A DNA stretch of 64,000 bases, taken from contig OZ024759.1 in the NCBI GenBank assembly GCA_964016885.1, positions 36,890,001 through 36,954,000 of the forward strand. Direction: 5' to 3'. Under the pieces are notes generated by a model. It was not told the DNA's origin. It searched no databases and saw only the letters and a list, made by a program, of their open reading frames with translations. This DNA is from Eledone cirrhosa. Taxonomy: Eukaryota. The translations under genes and the position numbers were made by a program. Shown here in pieces: positions 13,223 through 26,700 of the stretch (the stretch's first letter is position 1; each line of letters opens with the position of its first letter).

Positions 13223-13879
13223 CACGTTGGACAAGAGTCCTTGTTCTTTTCTGTTTTACTATTTCTCTCCTTTTTATATTTGTGTAATTCCCCTAAAGGT
13301 ATGCCTTGTCTTTACCTGGCAAGTGGGCCCCAGAAGTTCCACGGTAGCATTGCAAGAGCCCACAGTAGTATTGCAGGGCCCCCTGTAGTATTTTAGGGGC
13401 CAGTGCTTTGTTTAAAATCTTACCTGTAATCTAAGAGAAAGAATAATTTTTTTTTTAAATAAATAAAACAATTAAGCAAAGCATTTGGTCCACCAATTCC
13501 CCAGGGAATTACTAGAAACCAAAATATATGATAGTCCAAATAGCTGGAATCAGTGGTTGTACATTCTACTAAACTAAAGCTTGGTGTATTCATTCATGTA
13601 AACATACATATATAGACACAGACACAAGCATATGTATATGAGAGGGTGGGGAGAAATGAGGTTGAACAGAAATGAAACATGGATTACAGGTTAAAATATA
13701 TTCTAGATAGTTGTGAAACAAAATGAGGATGTAGTTTATGGAACACCCAAATGATTTAGAAGTCGACCTTAAGTAGCAGCAATAACATTAAGAAAGGCAT
13801 GAATGACACCACAACACTTTGGTTTGAAAATTTTGAAAGTAGGTTTATAAGTATGAATTTTCATAAGATTTTTGTAGTA

Positions 13880-13952
13880 GTCTCTGTGGCCTAGCGGTAG
13901 GTACTAGAGACGGTGGAGATCCTGGTCTTGGGTTCAATCCTGGTCAAGAGGT
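13880..13952 (+). other. tRNA-derived Pol III-type unit (A and B box), not a foldable tRNA
   Basis: A box TGGCCTAGCGG, B box GGTTCAATCC, downstream T5 runs. The anticodon arm does not pair. Confidence 0.6.
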
Positions 13953-14021
13953 ACATGCAACCTTTTTCAGTTTTTATTTTACAACCAATAGAAAAAAACT
14001 GAAAAGGTTTACCGGGAACCC

Positions 14022-14094
14022 TACTCCCGACCAGAATCGAACTCCAGACTAGGATCACCACCGTCTATGATTCTCCCAACTCGGCCACCGAGAC
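14022..14094 (-). other. Second, convergent tRNA-derived Pol III-type unit
   Basis: Minus strand carries A box TGGCCGAGTTGG and B box AGTTCGATTC, with downstream T4 and T7 runs. Confidence 0.6.
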
Positions 14095-14670
14095 ATCTAC
14101 AATAGTATAATGAAAATTGATAATTATAAACCTACTTTCAAAATCAAAGTTAAAAACATGTGGTGTGGTGTGGTGTCGTTCATGGCTTTCCTAGAGCTAT
14201 TAGTAATATTTAGGGTCGACTTCTGGTCATTATTGAAAGTCTCTGGATATCGTAAAATACATGATATTTTTTATTGGGGAAGGTACGATATTTTCCCGTA
14301 AAAATGTGATTGTACTGTTTTGTTTCCACTTATGTATTTTTCGAAAATGTTATTTATTCATTATAAAAATTAAATGATAGCATTCTATATGTAGGTGGGT
14401 CCCGTTCATCTCCTGGCAACCAATATTTTTAGACCCAGTCAGCCACTGTATACAGCTGTGTTTGCGTGTTTGTATGTACATGTGTGAGCATTGTGTGTGG
14501 GTATATATGTGTGTGTGGGGGGGGGGGGGGTATATATGTGTGTGTGTGTGTGTGCGCGCGCTAAATGGTCCTTTATTTCCGGTTTTCAATACAGTTTATA
14601 TATATATTATCAATGTCTTCCGCATTGCAACTAAAATACCATATGTCATAATGTGCTTAACACAATGTAG

Positions 14671-14722
<52 letters not shown>

Positions 14723-15140
14723 ACAATCTATTTGTTATGCCAGTTTCTTCATTTTTTGCTTATATATATGTATGCGCGTGTGTGTACATACATATACATA
14801 TACATTCACACACACACATAAATACATACTTACATGCATACACATACACACACATATACATACATACTTACATACATATACATACACACACACACACATA
14901 CATACATACATACATACACATACACATACACATATACATACACACACACATACATACATGTGAAGGCATACATACACACATACATACATACATACACACA
15001 CATACATACATACTTACATACTTACATACTTACATACATACACACCACACACAAATGTATCGGCAATTAATAAAGTCCAACTCCATAATTAGTTTGTTGT
15101 GTATTAATTGCACACTCGTTTAATTACATAATTCCAGGAT

Positions 15141-15185
<45 letters not shown>

Positions 15186-15299
15186 AGAGAGAGAGAGAGA
15201 GAGAGAGAAAGAAAGAAATATATGTGTCTAAGTATGAATGTATCCAAAGTACAAGTGTGATTGTACATGGTAATACATACATGATATACATATAAACTC

Positions 15300-15350
<51 letters not shown>

Positions 15351-15547
15351 GTATATAACTACATCTGTAGTTTGTCCAGGAGTTCAATAGTTATTGAAAC
15401 GGTTAGTACATTTTAATTCGACTCTTTCTAGTTCTGTATTTTCCGTTTGTTTCATAGATTTTATACATCGTGGTTTATACAAAGTGGTTTTTCAGTCCTT
15501 GTAATTCTATACATACATATTTCTGTGTTTATTTCTATATATTATAC

Positions 15548-15592
<45 letters not shown>

Positions 15593-15659
15593 CAGTTGCA
15601 AGTGTAGATGTATTTAAGCGATGTGTATTGTCTTCTTGTCATCTTCATGCACCAGGGAA

Positions 15660-15937
15660 ACCCTTTTTGAAATTTTCGAGGAAGAATTTAGACATGTGCA
15701 GGCAATTTGAAATTAGTTCATTGTTTTCAGTTAGTAATATTGTGTTAAATTCTGTTAAGATTCTCTGTAAGACTTGTTTTACATGGCATTCATCTGTTAT
15801 TAAACGTCTGTACTTTGTCTAAAGCTGCTCTTGAGATGGCTGTAGTTGTTGCGCCTTTGTCTATCGATTATCAAATGTGCTTAGAATGGGCTGTTGTCTT
15901 TTCCAGTTGGCAATTGTGGAACGAGGTTGCTTGGCGA
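15660..15937 (-). mobile_element. Naiad-type PLE GIY-YIG endonuclease C-terminal fragment (decayed)
   Basis: Minus strand gives RQATSFHN..TTAHSKHI*..ISRAALDKVQTFNNR*MPCKTSLTE, then after a frameshift LLTENNELISNCLHMSKFFLENFK. Compare the Naiad-type pattern STELSKYIW..CNLCLTEK..LNKRSELISKCRHxxKFLL. Confidence 0.65.
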
Positions 15938-16174
15938 GGGAGGAAGGTGGGGAGGTAGAGAAGCAGGAAGGGAGAGAGAGAGAAAGATAGAGAAGTTGTG
16001 GAGAGGTAGAGAGGTAGAGGGAGGATAAGAGAGAGAGAGAGAAAGATAGAGAAGAAGGAAAGGAAGAGAAAGAGTAGTGGGGAGGTGGGGAGATTGAGAA
16101 GGAGGAAGAGGAAGATAGAGAAGAGAGAGTTATGGAGAGGAAGAGAAAGATGGAGAGGAAGCGATAGATAGATA

Positions 16175-16520
16175 TGTTTCTTTATTAGCCACAGGGGCAC
16201 AAATGAAGGGGACAAATACAAAGGGGGAAGTTTACATACAATAAAAACGTGTAAAATGTTATCACAGATGGAATTTAAAAAGTTAGTCGATTTTCCCCAA
16301 TAGGGGGAGACATTACATATGGGTAACACATACCCCCGAAAAAATGTGCAACTCTCATCTCCAGGAGTACGAAGAGTTTGTACTCCTTTCCTCTCCTCCT
16401 CCTTTTTCTCAACCTACAGGCTGATATAGAGAGAAAGCCCATTCACTCGGGCCATTTTCGCCACTTTCACCCACCTTTCATAAAACTTGCTGGGGTACAG
16501 CACCTCTCTCTCCATCCTGG
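16175..16520 (-). mobile_element. Tx1/L1-type LINE 3' end (ORF2 end plus 3' UTR), related to 30119-31243
   Basis: Clear nucleotide homology to 30119-30440 (CACCCACCTTTCATAAAAC, CACCTCTCTCTCCAT, GGGACAAATACAAA). Ends in AATAAAGAAAC followed by (TATC)n. Confidence 0.8.
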
Positions 16521-16850
16521 GGTACAGCACCTCTCTCTCCATATATTTATGTATATATATATATTTATGTATATATATATATTTATGTATATATATATAT
16601 ATTTATGTATATATATATATATATTTATGTATATATATATATATATTTATGTATATATATATATATATTTATGTATATATATATATATATTTATGTATAT
16701 ATATATATATATTTATGTATATATATATATATATTTATGTATATATATATATATATTTATGTATATATATATATATATTTATGTATATATATATATATAT
16801 TTATGTATATATATATATATTTATGTATATATATATATATTTATGTATAT

Positions 16851-17120
16851 ATCTATCTATCTATCTAAGGCGGGTAAAATTCCCGAGATCCATGGACGAG
16901 TTCTCTCCAGCGGTCTCTGTCCCTCATTATCGCTGCCATATCCTTCATCTCCAACAGACCAGTGTCTGTCCTTAGGGCATCAACATATGTTAACCTTGGT
17001 CTTCCTCTTCTAGTGTGTCCATGTAGGGGCTCCCAAAGGAGCACTGAGTGCAATGTCAACTCTGGATGTCGGTGAGCATGTCCAGCCAACCTCAGTCTTC
17101 TCTGTGTCACTTTTGAGCTG
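16851..17120 (-). mobile_element. RTE-type LINE 3' end (second family) with (TAGA)n tail
   Basis: ORF reads [52 protein letters not shown]. The stop codon runs directly into TAGATAGA. Confidence 0.85.
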
Positions 17121-17328
17121 TATATATATATGTATATATATATGTATATATATATATATTTATGTATATATATATATATTTATGTATATATATATATATT
17201 TATGTATATATATATATATTTATGTATATATATATATATTTATGTATATATATATGTATGTATGTATGTATATATGTATATATATATATTTATGTGTATA
17301 TATATATTTATGTATATATATTTATGTA

Positions 17329-17365
<37 letters not shown>

Positions 17366-17434
17366 GTGTATATATATATATTTATGTGTATATATATATA
17401 TATATTTATGTATATATATATATATATATTTATG

Positions 17435-17488
<54 letters not shown>

Positions 17489-17872
17489 GTGAGGTGGGGA
17501 TTGGGAACCATGGGTTGGGAAAGAAGAAATAAAGAGAATATATTCTAAGGTGACTTAATGAAATAAAGAAAGGAGAGATTTAGTGGGAAGTGGGGAGAGG
17601 GGAAAGATTATGAGGTAGGAAAAGGGAGGGGGTCGGAGTAGTTGGTGTGGGATTTAGAAATAATTGCTTAAGGAGGTGGAAAGATCTTGACAAGAGATAT
17701 TATTAGGAGAGGGGGGGGGTATTTTTATCATTATTATTATTATTATTAACTTCAACTTTACTTTTGAGTTGAGTGAAAAATACTTTGCAGTCACTAGCAA
17801 CACTTTGTTTTTTATGGTGGTGGTGGTGGTGGTGGTGGTTGTGGTTGTGAAGTGGTGATGGTTGTATGGTGG

Positions 17873-17907
<35 letters not shown>

Positions 17908-18537
17908 ACCAACATACAACCATCACCAACATAAAAAAAAACCACATGTATATATATATATGTATATTTATACATATATGTGTATGTCTGTGTGTGTAGC
18001 TTTATGTTGAAACTCATACAAACAAACAATATGTGTGTGTGTGTGTGTGTGTGCGTATATATGTATGTATGTATGTATGTGTGTGTGTGTGTGTGTTTGA
18101 GTACATTTCTTTGTAAGTGCGAATATATGTATAAAAAATATTTGATACGTACGTGTATATATATGTGCGGATACGCACATGTATATATATATATTTACTA
18201 TATGTGTATAAAATTTACTATATAGAATGTTCCTCTACTCTTAAATACATATGGGGCCGCTTAAAAACATAATAAAAAACAGTATATTTAAGTTGACCTG
18301 AGATCTACGAAGCACCGTGTGAGTTTTGCCAATCTGTTGTTCTGAAAGAAATTTAACATAAAATTTTATAAAGAAACAAGAAGCTTCCATTACTAAAATA
18401 TATCAATATGACTTCTCTAGGGATGATATAAAAAAAGGGAGGTAAAAATGTATTTAAAGAAAAATAACGTAGTATTTGTATATATATATATATAGGTGTG
18501 TGTATGTACATATATATATATATATATATGTATGTAC

Positions 18538-18571
<34 letters not shown>

Positions 18572-18901
18572 TATATTAAAGTGGTTGTATCTGTGAAGTC
18601 AGTTGACTGTCATGGTGTCGAGAGGCGATGGTGTGTGTGTGTGTTAGAGAGAAAGAGAGCGGTAGATGTGTTGGTGACAAACTCTCAAATTTAACTTTTT
18701 AACTTTAAAAAGTTTTTTTTACGGAAATGTTATGGCGAAAGAGAAAGAGAGAAAGAAAGAGATTGTGTGTGTGAGAGAGAGAGAGAGAGGGGGGTGGGGG
18801 GAGAGAGAGAATTAAACGAGGCTGCCCATGACTGATATATACGTGTATATATATATATATATCGTTTAATTCTCTCTCTATATATATATGTGTGTGCGTA
18901 A

Positions 18902-19005
18902 AAGGTAAAGAGAAATAACAACACAACCGGTACAAGGGATATATTAGGTTAACGCTTGATATAGCAAGAAGAGGGTCATAACGTTTCGGACGCCAGTCTT
19001 TAATC
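18902..19005 (-). mobile_element. PLE pseudo-LTR fragment with a truncated hammerhead (same family as 43165-43340)
   Basis: Minus strand AAGACTGGCGTCCGAAACGTTATGACC..TTAACCTAATATAT..TTGTGTTGTTATTTCTC matches 43248-43345. Confidence 0.7.
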
Positions 19006-19010
19006 TGTTA

Positions 19011-19045
<35 letters not shown>

Positions 19046-19269
19046 CCAGACTCATATATGTATCTATGACTATGTCTAATTATGTACATATATCCCTTTG
19101 AATTTAATATATACTCCCGTAAGGTTGAGTAAAACCTTAGGCAGTATCTGGCTGCGCTTTCTAACAACCAGCCTACTCGCCGACTGGCAACCAATCACAA
19201 ATTTCTTAGTCATTTTTGAATTCATTTCTGGCGGGGATCACGGTAGAAAATTTTAGTCCAGACTGAGGC

Positions 19270-19355
19270 GTCTCTTGATGAGCTCCAAGCTTCGTGGATA
19301 AATCCAAGATCGGGTATATCCACAGAAAAGGAACGAAACTACTGGTAGTCGAGAC
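19270..19355 (+). ncRNA. Type I hammerhead ribozyme with extended stem II
   Basis: GTCTC [TTGATGA] GCTCC..GTGGATA..TATCCAC..GGAAC [GAA] ACTAC-tg-GTAGT C GAGAC. Cleavage triplet is GUC and the core is a U3 variant. Confidence 0.8.
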
Positions 19356-19920
19356 TAGAGGAATTTTGGTAGTTTATATGCATTTTTTTCTACAAACTTC
19401 TATTTTATAGCTAACTCCGTGTAGTTGATTATTTGTCTAATCAATTTCTACGGGCTAAAAGGAATGACTAGGTAAATTCTATCTGGCTGTCCTTCGCGGA
19501 AGATAGTCTGTATCTTTTGTATATTATTTCTTCATAGTTACATTTTAAACTTCATAGTTACATTTTAGCCTTGTTTAAATGATTATTTATGCGGTTGATT
19601 TATAAGGACTACGGAGAGGAAATACTGTATATATTTTATCTAATAATTCTTCAAACTTGCAATTTGTTTTTGATCATGCTGAGTAACACCCTCACTCATT
19701 TCTTGCTATCCTCTCCCAACCTCCTTATCATCTATTGCACTATTTATATGATACATTTTTGATGTAATTTTTTATGACATTTTATGACATTATGTGCGTC
19801 ATGTATTGTGTGTTTTTCTATATAACGCTGATCTTGGGACCCCACTACTGGTCCTTTAACCTTGTTCTGGTGACTGAGCTTGATGGAGCCTGTAACCTCT
19901 TATATTCTCTTGTTAATAGG

Positions 19921-19956
19921 CTCTGATGATTCCTGCCATACGGTATAGATGAAACA
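19921..19956 (+). ncRNA. Hammerhead core cut off by (TA)n right after GAAAC
   Basis: CTGATGA-ttcctgcc-atac-ggtatagat-GAAAC followed by ATATATA. The 3' strands of stems III and I are absent. Confidence 0.4.
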
Positions 19957-20515
19957 TATATATATATATATGCACATACACATAAACATACGTTTACATA
20001 CATACACAAAATTATTAAATGATAATTTAGCGTGTGGTCTACCAGGCCATTTACACTTTAGCGTGCGGTCTACCTGCACCTTTACACCTCAGTGTACAGC
20101 CTAACTCCACTACAAAAACGTTTTTTGGAGGATAATAAAACCAATTGAATACTGATTCATTATTACTGACATACTAAACTGTTGAATATTGTTTTGCAAG
20201 AACTGGTATCCCTGAGTGTGGTTGTTGTCCTCTAATACACAGCCTTCTACTTGGCTACCTTAACATTTCTTCTCCGACACACCACTTTGTTGAAGAAACT
20301 TTGGTGAGGGGGCGGTTGGAGATATTTTTGAAATATTTATTCGGGAGATGGAAAGATTTTTAAGAGAGATAGTGTTGTTTGTGATTTAATGTCCTTAACA
20401 GTGTATTAGGCCTGGAAATACTTTGTCTTATATGTATGTGTATATATATATATATATATGTATGTGTATATGTATGTGTATATATATATAAATATATATA
20501 TGTATGTGTGTGTGT

Positions 20516-20547
<32 letters not shown>

Positions 20548-20566
20548 AATGTGTGTGTGTATGTTT

Positions 20567-20597
<31 letters not shown>

Positions 20598-20646
20598 GTA
20601 AGTATATATATATATATATATACATATGTATATGTAGATGTAAATA

Positions 20647-20705
<59 letters not shown>

Positions 20706-20793
20706 ACACACACACAAATATAAATATATATACACATAATTATATTTATATATATATATATATAGGTTGTGTGTGTGTTGTGCTAGTGGCTGT

Positions 20794-20833
<40 letters not shown>

Positions 20834-21151
20834 ATACACACACACACACATATATATAAATATGTGTGTGTGTGTGTGGTGTTGTGCTAGTGGTGGTGAC
20901 AGCATATGGGCCTATTTAAAAATAAGGAACCGAACTGATGAAAGAAACGCCGCGTGATTATAAATATGTACAATGTGTGTAGGGAGATGTGTGTGTTAGT
21001 GAGTGTATGTGTGTGTGGCGGGTGCCATTGAGTGTAGGTGTTTATATATGTGGGTGTGTGGGGATTATATAGGTGTATGTGAGAGCGTGTGTGTATTTGA
21101 ATCAATGAAGCCTGTCACACACACACGTGTATATATATATATACATGCCTA

Positions 21152-21235
<84 letters not shown>

Positions 21236-21382
21236 TATAGATATATATCTTTAAAAATATAAATTTCTCATTTCCTCATTCTCCTATCTACACTTTTACA
21301 CAAGCTCATATATACATACATGCACTCAGATATAAACATATACACTCAAAAGTCCATACCTTTTCTTGTTTTCTATCTCCCT

Positions 21383-21550
21383 CTCTCTCTCACTCACCCT
21401 CTATCACTCTCTCTCACTCACCCTCTATCACTCTCTCTCACTCACCCTCTATCACTCTCTCTCACTCACCCTCTATCACTCTCTCTCACTCACCCTCTAT
21501 CACTCTCTCTCACTCGCCCTCTATCACTCTCTCTCACTCGCCCTCTATCT
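21383..21550. repeat. 24-bp minisatellite (CTCTCTCTCACTCACCCTCTATCA) x ~7
   Basis: Directly visible. Confidence 0.9.
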
Positions 21551-22163
21551 CTATCTCTCTCTCTCTATATATATATATATTTTTTTTATATCCAATTGAG
21601 TTCTTGACGCATGGTTAAAATTATTGAAAGAATTAATTGACCCGCGTGCATATTATTTTATGTTTTGCGATAACCTCCCCTTTCCGCTTTTTGGCAGTGT
21701 GAGATCTCGCATTGTGAGACTGCTGGAATTTCAAATTTGGCGGTCATTCTAGCACGGAGGAGTACCATCGTTGAATATTAATATCGGTAAGGTTTGTTTT
21801 TTTTATCGATATTTGTCGGACATCCACTGATAATTTATAAGTGGGTACCTACATATATTCCTACGGACTATGTGTAGGCTTCTACATAACCTGGACACTA
21901 TTTTCCTAATTTGTAGAAAACCTATAATGAAACGATCGTTTGGAAAGAGAGATGTATTTTAATTATGTCTCATATAAAATAATACAACTGGCTATCCGCA
22001 AAATACGTATAGTTAGCACCCCAAACGTAAAATTGGGATTATACTAAGGCATATCCTAATGTTTGTTGGGTGAGACGGAAGCCGGTCGGAGTATTGCTTA
22101 AAGCTTTCTCTGTTAATGTATTAAATATATATATATGCATATATATATATATATATATATATA

Positions 22164-22351
22164 TAACGAAGGAGTTGTGGTAAGGAACCAAATGGACCAT
22201 AACGCACCAGAGTACTTAGGGTAGTAGAGTGGGTAATGGGAACAAGTATGACCCCGACGGCAGAGCTCAAGCCGTTTCGACGGCTATTTCTGTACAGAAA
22301 TAGCCGTGGAAACGGCTTGAGCTCTGCCGTCGGGGTCATACTTTTTCCCAT
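22164..22351. mobile_element. TA-embedded foldback element family, copy C, with a 116-bp palindrome (22236-22351)
   Basis: Spacerless near-perfect palindrome centred on TTTC-TGTACA-GAAA, flanked by (TA)n. Confidence 0.9.
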
Positions 22352-23027
22352 ATATATATATATATATGTATATATATATCCCTCCATCACTCTTTCTCTC
22401 TCTCTGACTCTATCTTCCTCTCGTCCCACATACTATAATCACCACACTAAGAATGTTGATCCCTCTAGTACTTCCTCCTTCCAACTGACGTTCTTTTGGG
22501 CCCCATTCCTGCTTATATGTTTTTTCCTGTAAGACTTCTCTTCTGTTATTTTTCGTCTATTTCCACATCAACTCTCCCCCTCCAATTCTATTAGAATTTT
22601 CAGTTATTGTTATTGTACTGCAGTGACGGCTCCAAGTCAGAACTCTTTCATTCGTAGATTAAACTGGAATATGTCTACATCTCTGTGAAGATTGGTGGCG
22701 CAATTGCTATTTTGTGTGAAGAGAAAGAAACTCAATCTCTCTCCCTCTCTCTTTTACAATCTCTCTCTCTCTCTCTGGTTATATATACACAGATAGACAC
22801 ACACATATTACACATTATTCGGATGAAGTTAGTGGGTTCGTAATTTACGCACCAAACGAAACGGGGGGTGTAATATACTTTATATATGAGAGAGAGAGAG
22901 AAGTGTGTTCGAATGACTATATATAGATATATAGTCACAGGCCACATGTATATATATATATATGTGTGCGTGTGTATGTGATTATATATATATATGTCTG
23001 TCTGTGTGTGTGTGTGTGTGTGTGTTC

Positions 23028-23070
<43 letters not shown>

Positions 23071-23301
23071 TGTGTATGTGATTATATATATATATGTCTG
23101 TCTGTGTGTGTGTGTGTTCATGTATATATATATATATATGTGGGTGTGTGTGTGTGTGTGTGTGTGTATATGGTAGTTAATTTCCTTCTGTATATGTTCT
23201 CCCACTTTATGTAGGTTATATCTTGTTAATGTCCCGAATTATGAAACTGTCTTTCAAGGATATAGTTTCATCTACAGAACCATTTCATTGTCACCAATAG
23301 C

Positions 23302-23334
<33 letters not shown>

Positions 23335-23600
23335 GAATGATATATATATATATAGAATGATATATATATATGTGTGGGGTAGGCGTAGAGAAAGTGAAAG
23401 AAAGTCTGCTCTTGTATCTCTCTCTCTCTCTCTCTCTCTCTCCCTCTTTCTCTCACCTCTCTCTTTCTCACCCCCTCTCTCTTTCTCACCCCCTCTCTCT
23501 TTCTCTATATCTCTCACTCGCTCTCTTTCTCTATATCTCATCTGCATCGATCAGTTTTTCTCTAAAATTTACTATTTTGAAGCTCCATACATATCACTTC

Positions 23601-23633
<33 letters not shown>

Positions 23634-23834
23634 ATCTATATATATATATATGTGTGTGTGTATCTATATATATATATATGTGTGTGTGTATCTATATATA
23701 TATATATGTGTGTGTGTGTGTATCTATATATATATATATGTGTGTGTATGTATCTATATATATGTGTGTGTATGTATCTATATATATATATATGTGTGTA
23801 TGTATCTATATATATATATATGTGTGTATGTATC

Positions 23835-23865
<31 letters not shown>

Positions 23866-23870
23866 ATGTA

Positions 23871-23901
<31 letters not shown>

Positions 23902-23914
23902 ATGTATCTATCTA

Positions 23915-24005
<91 letters not shown>

Positions 24006-24008
24006 ATA

Positions 24009-24093
<85 letters not shown>

Positions 24094-24629
24094 ATGTATA
24101 TATATATATCTATATATATATAGTAGTGGCATTCCTTTGGCAAGTTATGGTTTGTCAAGAGACGGCCGCAGTTCTGCTATATTTATCAGGACCACCGTGA
24201 TTGGAAGGAGAAATTACGAGACAGACTCTTACATATATATACACATATGTATACATACATATATACATATATATACATCTACAGACCCATATATATATAT
24301 ACACACACATACACTTATATACATATATACCCACATACATATACATTGATATATATATACAATAACATACATATACATATACATACACATACACTTATAT
24401 CCATATATACCCATATACATATACATATATATGCATTTATATACACATACATATATCTGTATATATATATATATATACATATAGATACATACACATACAT
24501 ATATACACACATATAGATAAATACACATACATACTCATACATATATATAAAATCGCATGCCCATGCATACACCCACAAACATACACAAACACACAAGCAC
24601 ATATATATACCATGCACCTTTATATAGAC

Positions 24630-24787
24630 TCACACACATCCACATAGCGACACAACCTCATATAACACACACATACACACCCTCAAATAGACACACATAC
24701 ACACCCTCACATTGACACACACATCCACATAGACACACATACACACACACACACACACACAATAGGCACACATACACATCCTCACAG

Positions 24788-24818
<31 letters not shown>

Positions 24819-25022
24819 CACATAGACACACACACACACCCTCACATAGACACACATACACACCCTCACATAGACACACATACACACCCTCACATAGACA
24901 CACACACACCCTCACATAGACACACACACACCCTCACATACACCCTCACATAGACACACACACACACACCCTCACATAGACACACACACACCCTCACCCA
25001 CATAGACACACACACACACCCT
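24630..25022. repeat. ~24-bp CA-rich minisatellite (CACATAGACACACATACACACCCT)
   Basis: Directly visible, with variable CA counts. Confidence 0.85.
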
Positions 25023-25246
25023 TATATAGTTTAACAGAAAGTTAATATAATAAGGAAAGTCTTTTAAAACAAGGATTAAAATACAGAATATGGGAGGGGT
25101 GGGGTGGAGTGAAGTTATGTCTTAAATAAAGGGGGAGGGTGTTCTACACCCGCCCCCCACTGGCGGGGGCAGTAGGATTGGTTTGTTATATCTGCTGCAC
25201 CCCGTGGACAAGATGGTGAAAAGATTGCTATGGAGAGATGTCTACC

Positions 25247-25790
25247 CACACATACACCCTTAACACACACACACTCACATACACCCTTAACACACACACA
25301 CTCACATACACCCTCAACACACACACACTCACATACACCCTTAACACACACACACTCACATACACCCTTAACACACACACACTCACATACACCCTTAACA
25401 CACACACACTCACATACACCCTTAACACACACACACTCACATACACCCTTAACACACACACACTCACATACACCCTTAACACACACACACTCACATACAC
25501 CCTTAACACACGCACACTCACATACACCCTTAACACACGCACACTCACATACACCCTTAACACACACACACTCACATACACCCTTAACACACGCACACTC
25601 ACATACACCCTTAACACACATTCACTCACATACACCCTTAACACACACACACTCACATACACCCTCAACACACACACACTCACATACACCCTTAACACAC
25701 ACACACTCACATACACCCTTAACACACACACACTCACATACACCCTTAACACACACACACTCACATACACCCTTAACACACACACATTCA
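25247..25790. repeat. 27-bp minisatellite (CATACACCCTTAACACACACACACTCA) x ~20
   Basis: 9-aa periodicity in all reading frames. Confidence 0.95.
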
Positions 25791-26616
25791 ACCACACACT
25801 CTGGCATACTCCCACGCACACATTAACATACCCCCCCACACACACACTCAATTACCCACCCACCCCATACACTTACTCACATAGCCCCCACACAGCCATC
25901 CTACCCCCCGGGACAGACGCAGCATCCGTGTCAAAGTGGTGTATCTCAGATGTGAACCACGGATAAGGTGTGAAGGTATTGCAGGGGAAAAACAGCCAGC
26001 GACACCCGCTACACCAGCCAGTCTACCTCCCTGGACTCCTTCCTCAGGTGAAGACTGAGAACACCCGATGTCTTAATGGTGACCAACAGGACTAGGAAGC
26101 CGTCGGTCAAATTTGACAAATTTCTCTCCCTCTCTTCCTCCAAACACCCATGCCACCCCCACCACCACTACCACCACCACCACCACCACTACAATTGTGT
26201 TGTTAATCTGTCAGCACAGCCGTTCCATGTGAGACAAGCCAACAAACAAATGTTTTCACATCGGCTTTGTGTGACCTTTGACACAGCAGGTTGTTAAAGA
26301 AACAGATAGACATATAGATAGACATATAGATAGATATATAGATAGATATATATAGATAGATATACAGATAGATATACAGATATAGATAGAGATAGACAGA
26401 TATAGATAGATAGATAGATTTCTTTATTTGCCACAAGGGCGCCCAAGAAATGGGACATTACAGGACGTACTGCTGGAGTTTTACAGATAGACTGACAGAC
26501 TGACAACACGACACATAGATATACAGGGAGGTATATAGACAGACAGACAGACTGACTGACTGACAGCAAGACAGACAGGCTGACAACAAGACACGGTGTC
26601 TGACAAGACCACAATA

Positions 26617-26700
26617 ATGGCCAACGGAAATGTAATGGACGCCGCCAAAATATCTACATCTAAAGGAAAGATGGTGGGGAGTGGAGCCCCGGACAGAGTG
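26617..26700 (+). CDS. Candidate first coding exon of an unidentified host gene (MANGNVMDAAKISTSKGKMVGSGAPDRV)
   Basis: ATG in a strong context (ATAATGG), 28 non-repetitive codons, then a GTG|GTGAGG phase-0 donor. I recognise no homolog and found no partner exon. Confidence 0.25.

Larger units (their letters stand above)
13651..14450. mobile_element. Non-autonomous repeat with an internal ~470-bp diverged palindrome and two convergent tRNA-like units, copy 1
   Basis: Inverted homologs lie at 44146-44707 and 44885-45527. The arms run from AGAAGTCGACC (13758) to GGTCGACTTCT (14224). The right end ..GCCACTG-TA resembles a CAGTGG DNA-transposon terminus. Confidence 0.85.

Noticed and set aside
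13418-13445. 7-nt minus-strand microexon (TTTCTCTTAG|ATTACAG|GTAAG)
   Set aside because: It would shift the frame, there are no supporting neighbouring exons, and it can arise by chance.
13880-14094. Functional tRNA-His genes
   Set aside because: The anticodon stems do not pair and the acceptor stems are weak, so I treat them as tRNA-derived promoter relics.
15590-15937. Selenocysteine/SECIS in the Naiad-type endonuclease (reported for some Naiads)
   Set aside because: The in-frame TGAs do not fall at conserved Cys positions (one replaces a Trp), the fragment is frameshifted, and I see no convincing SECIS fold downstream.
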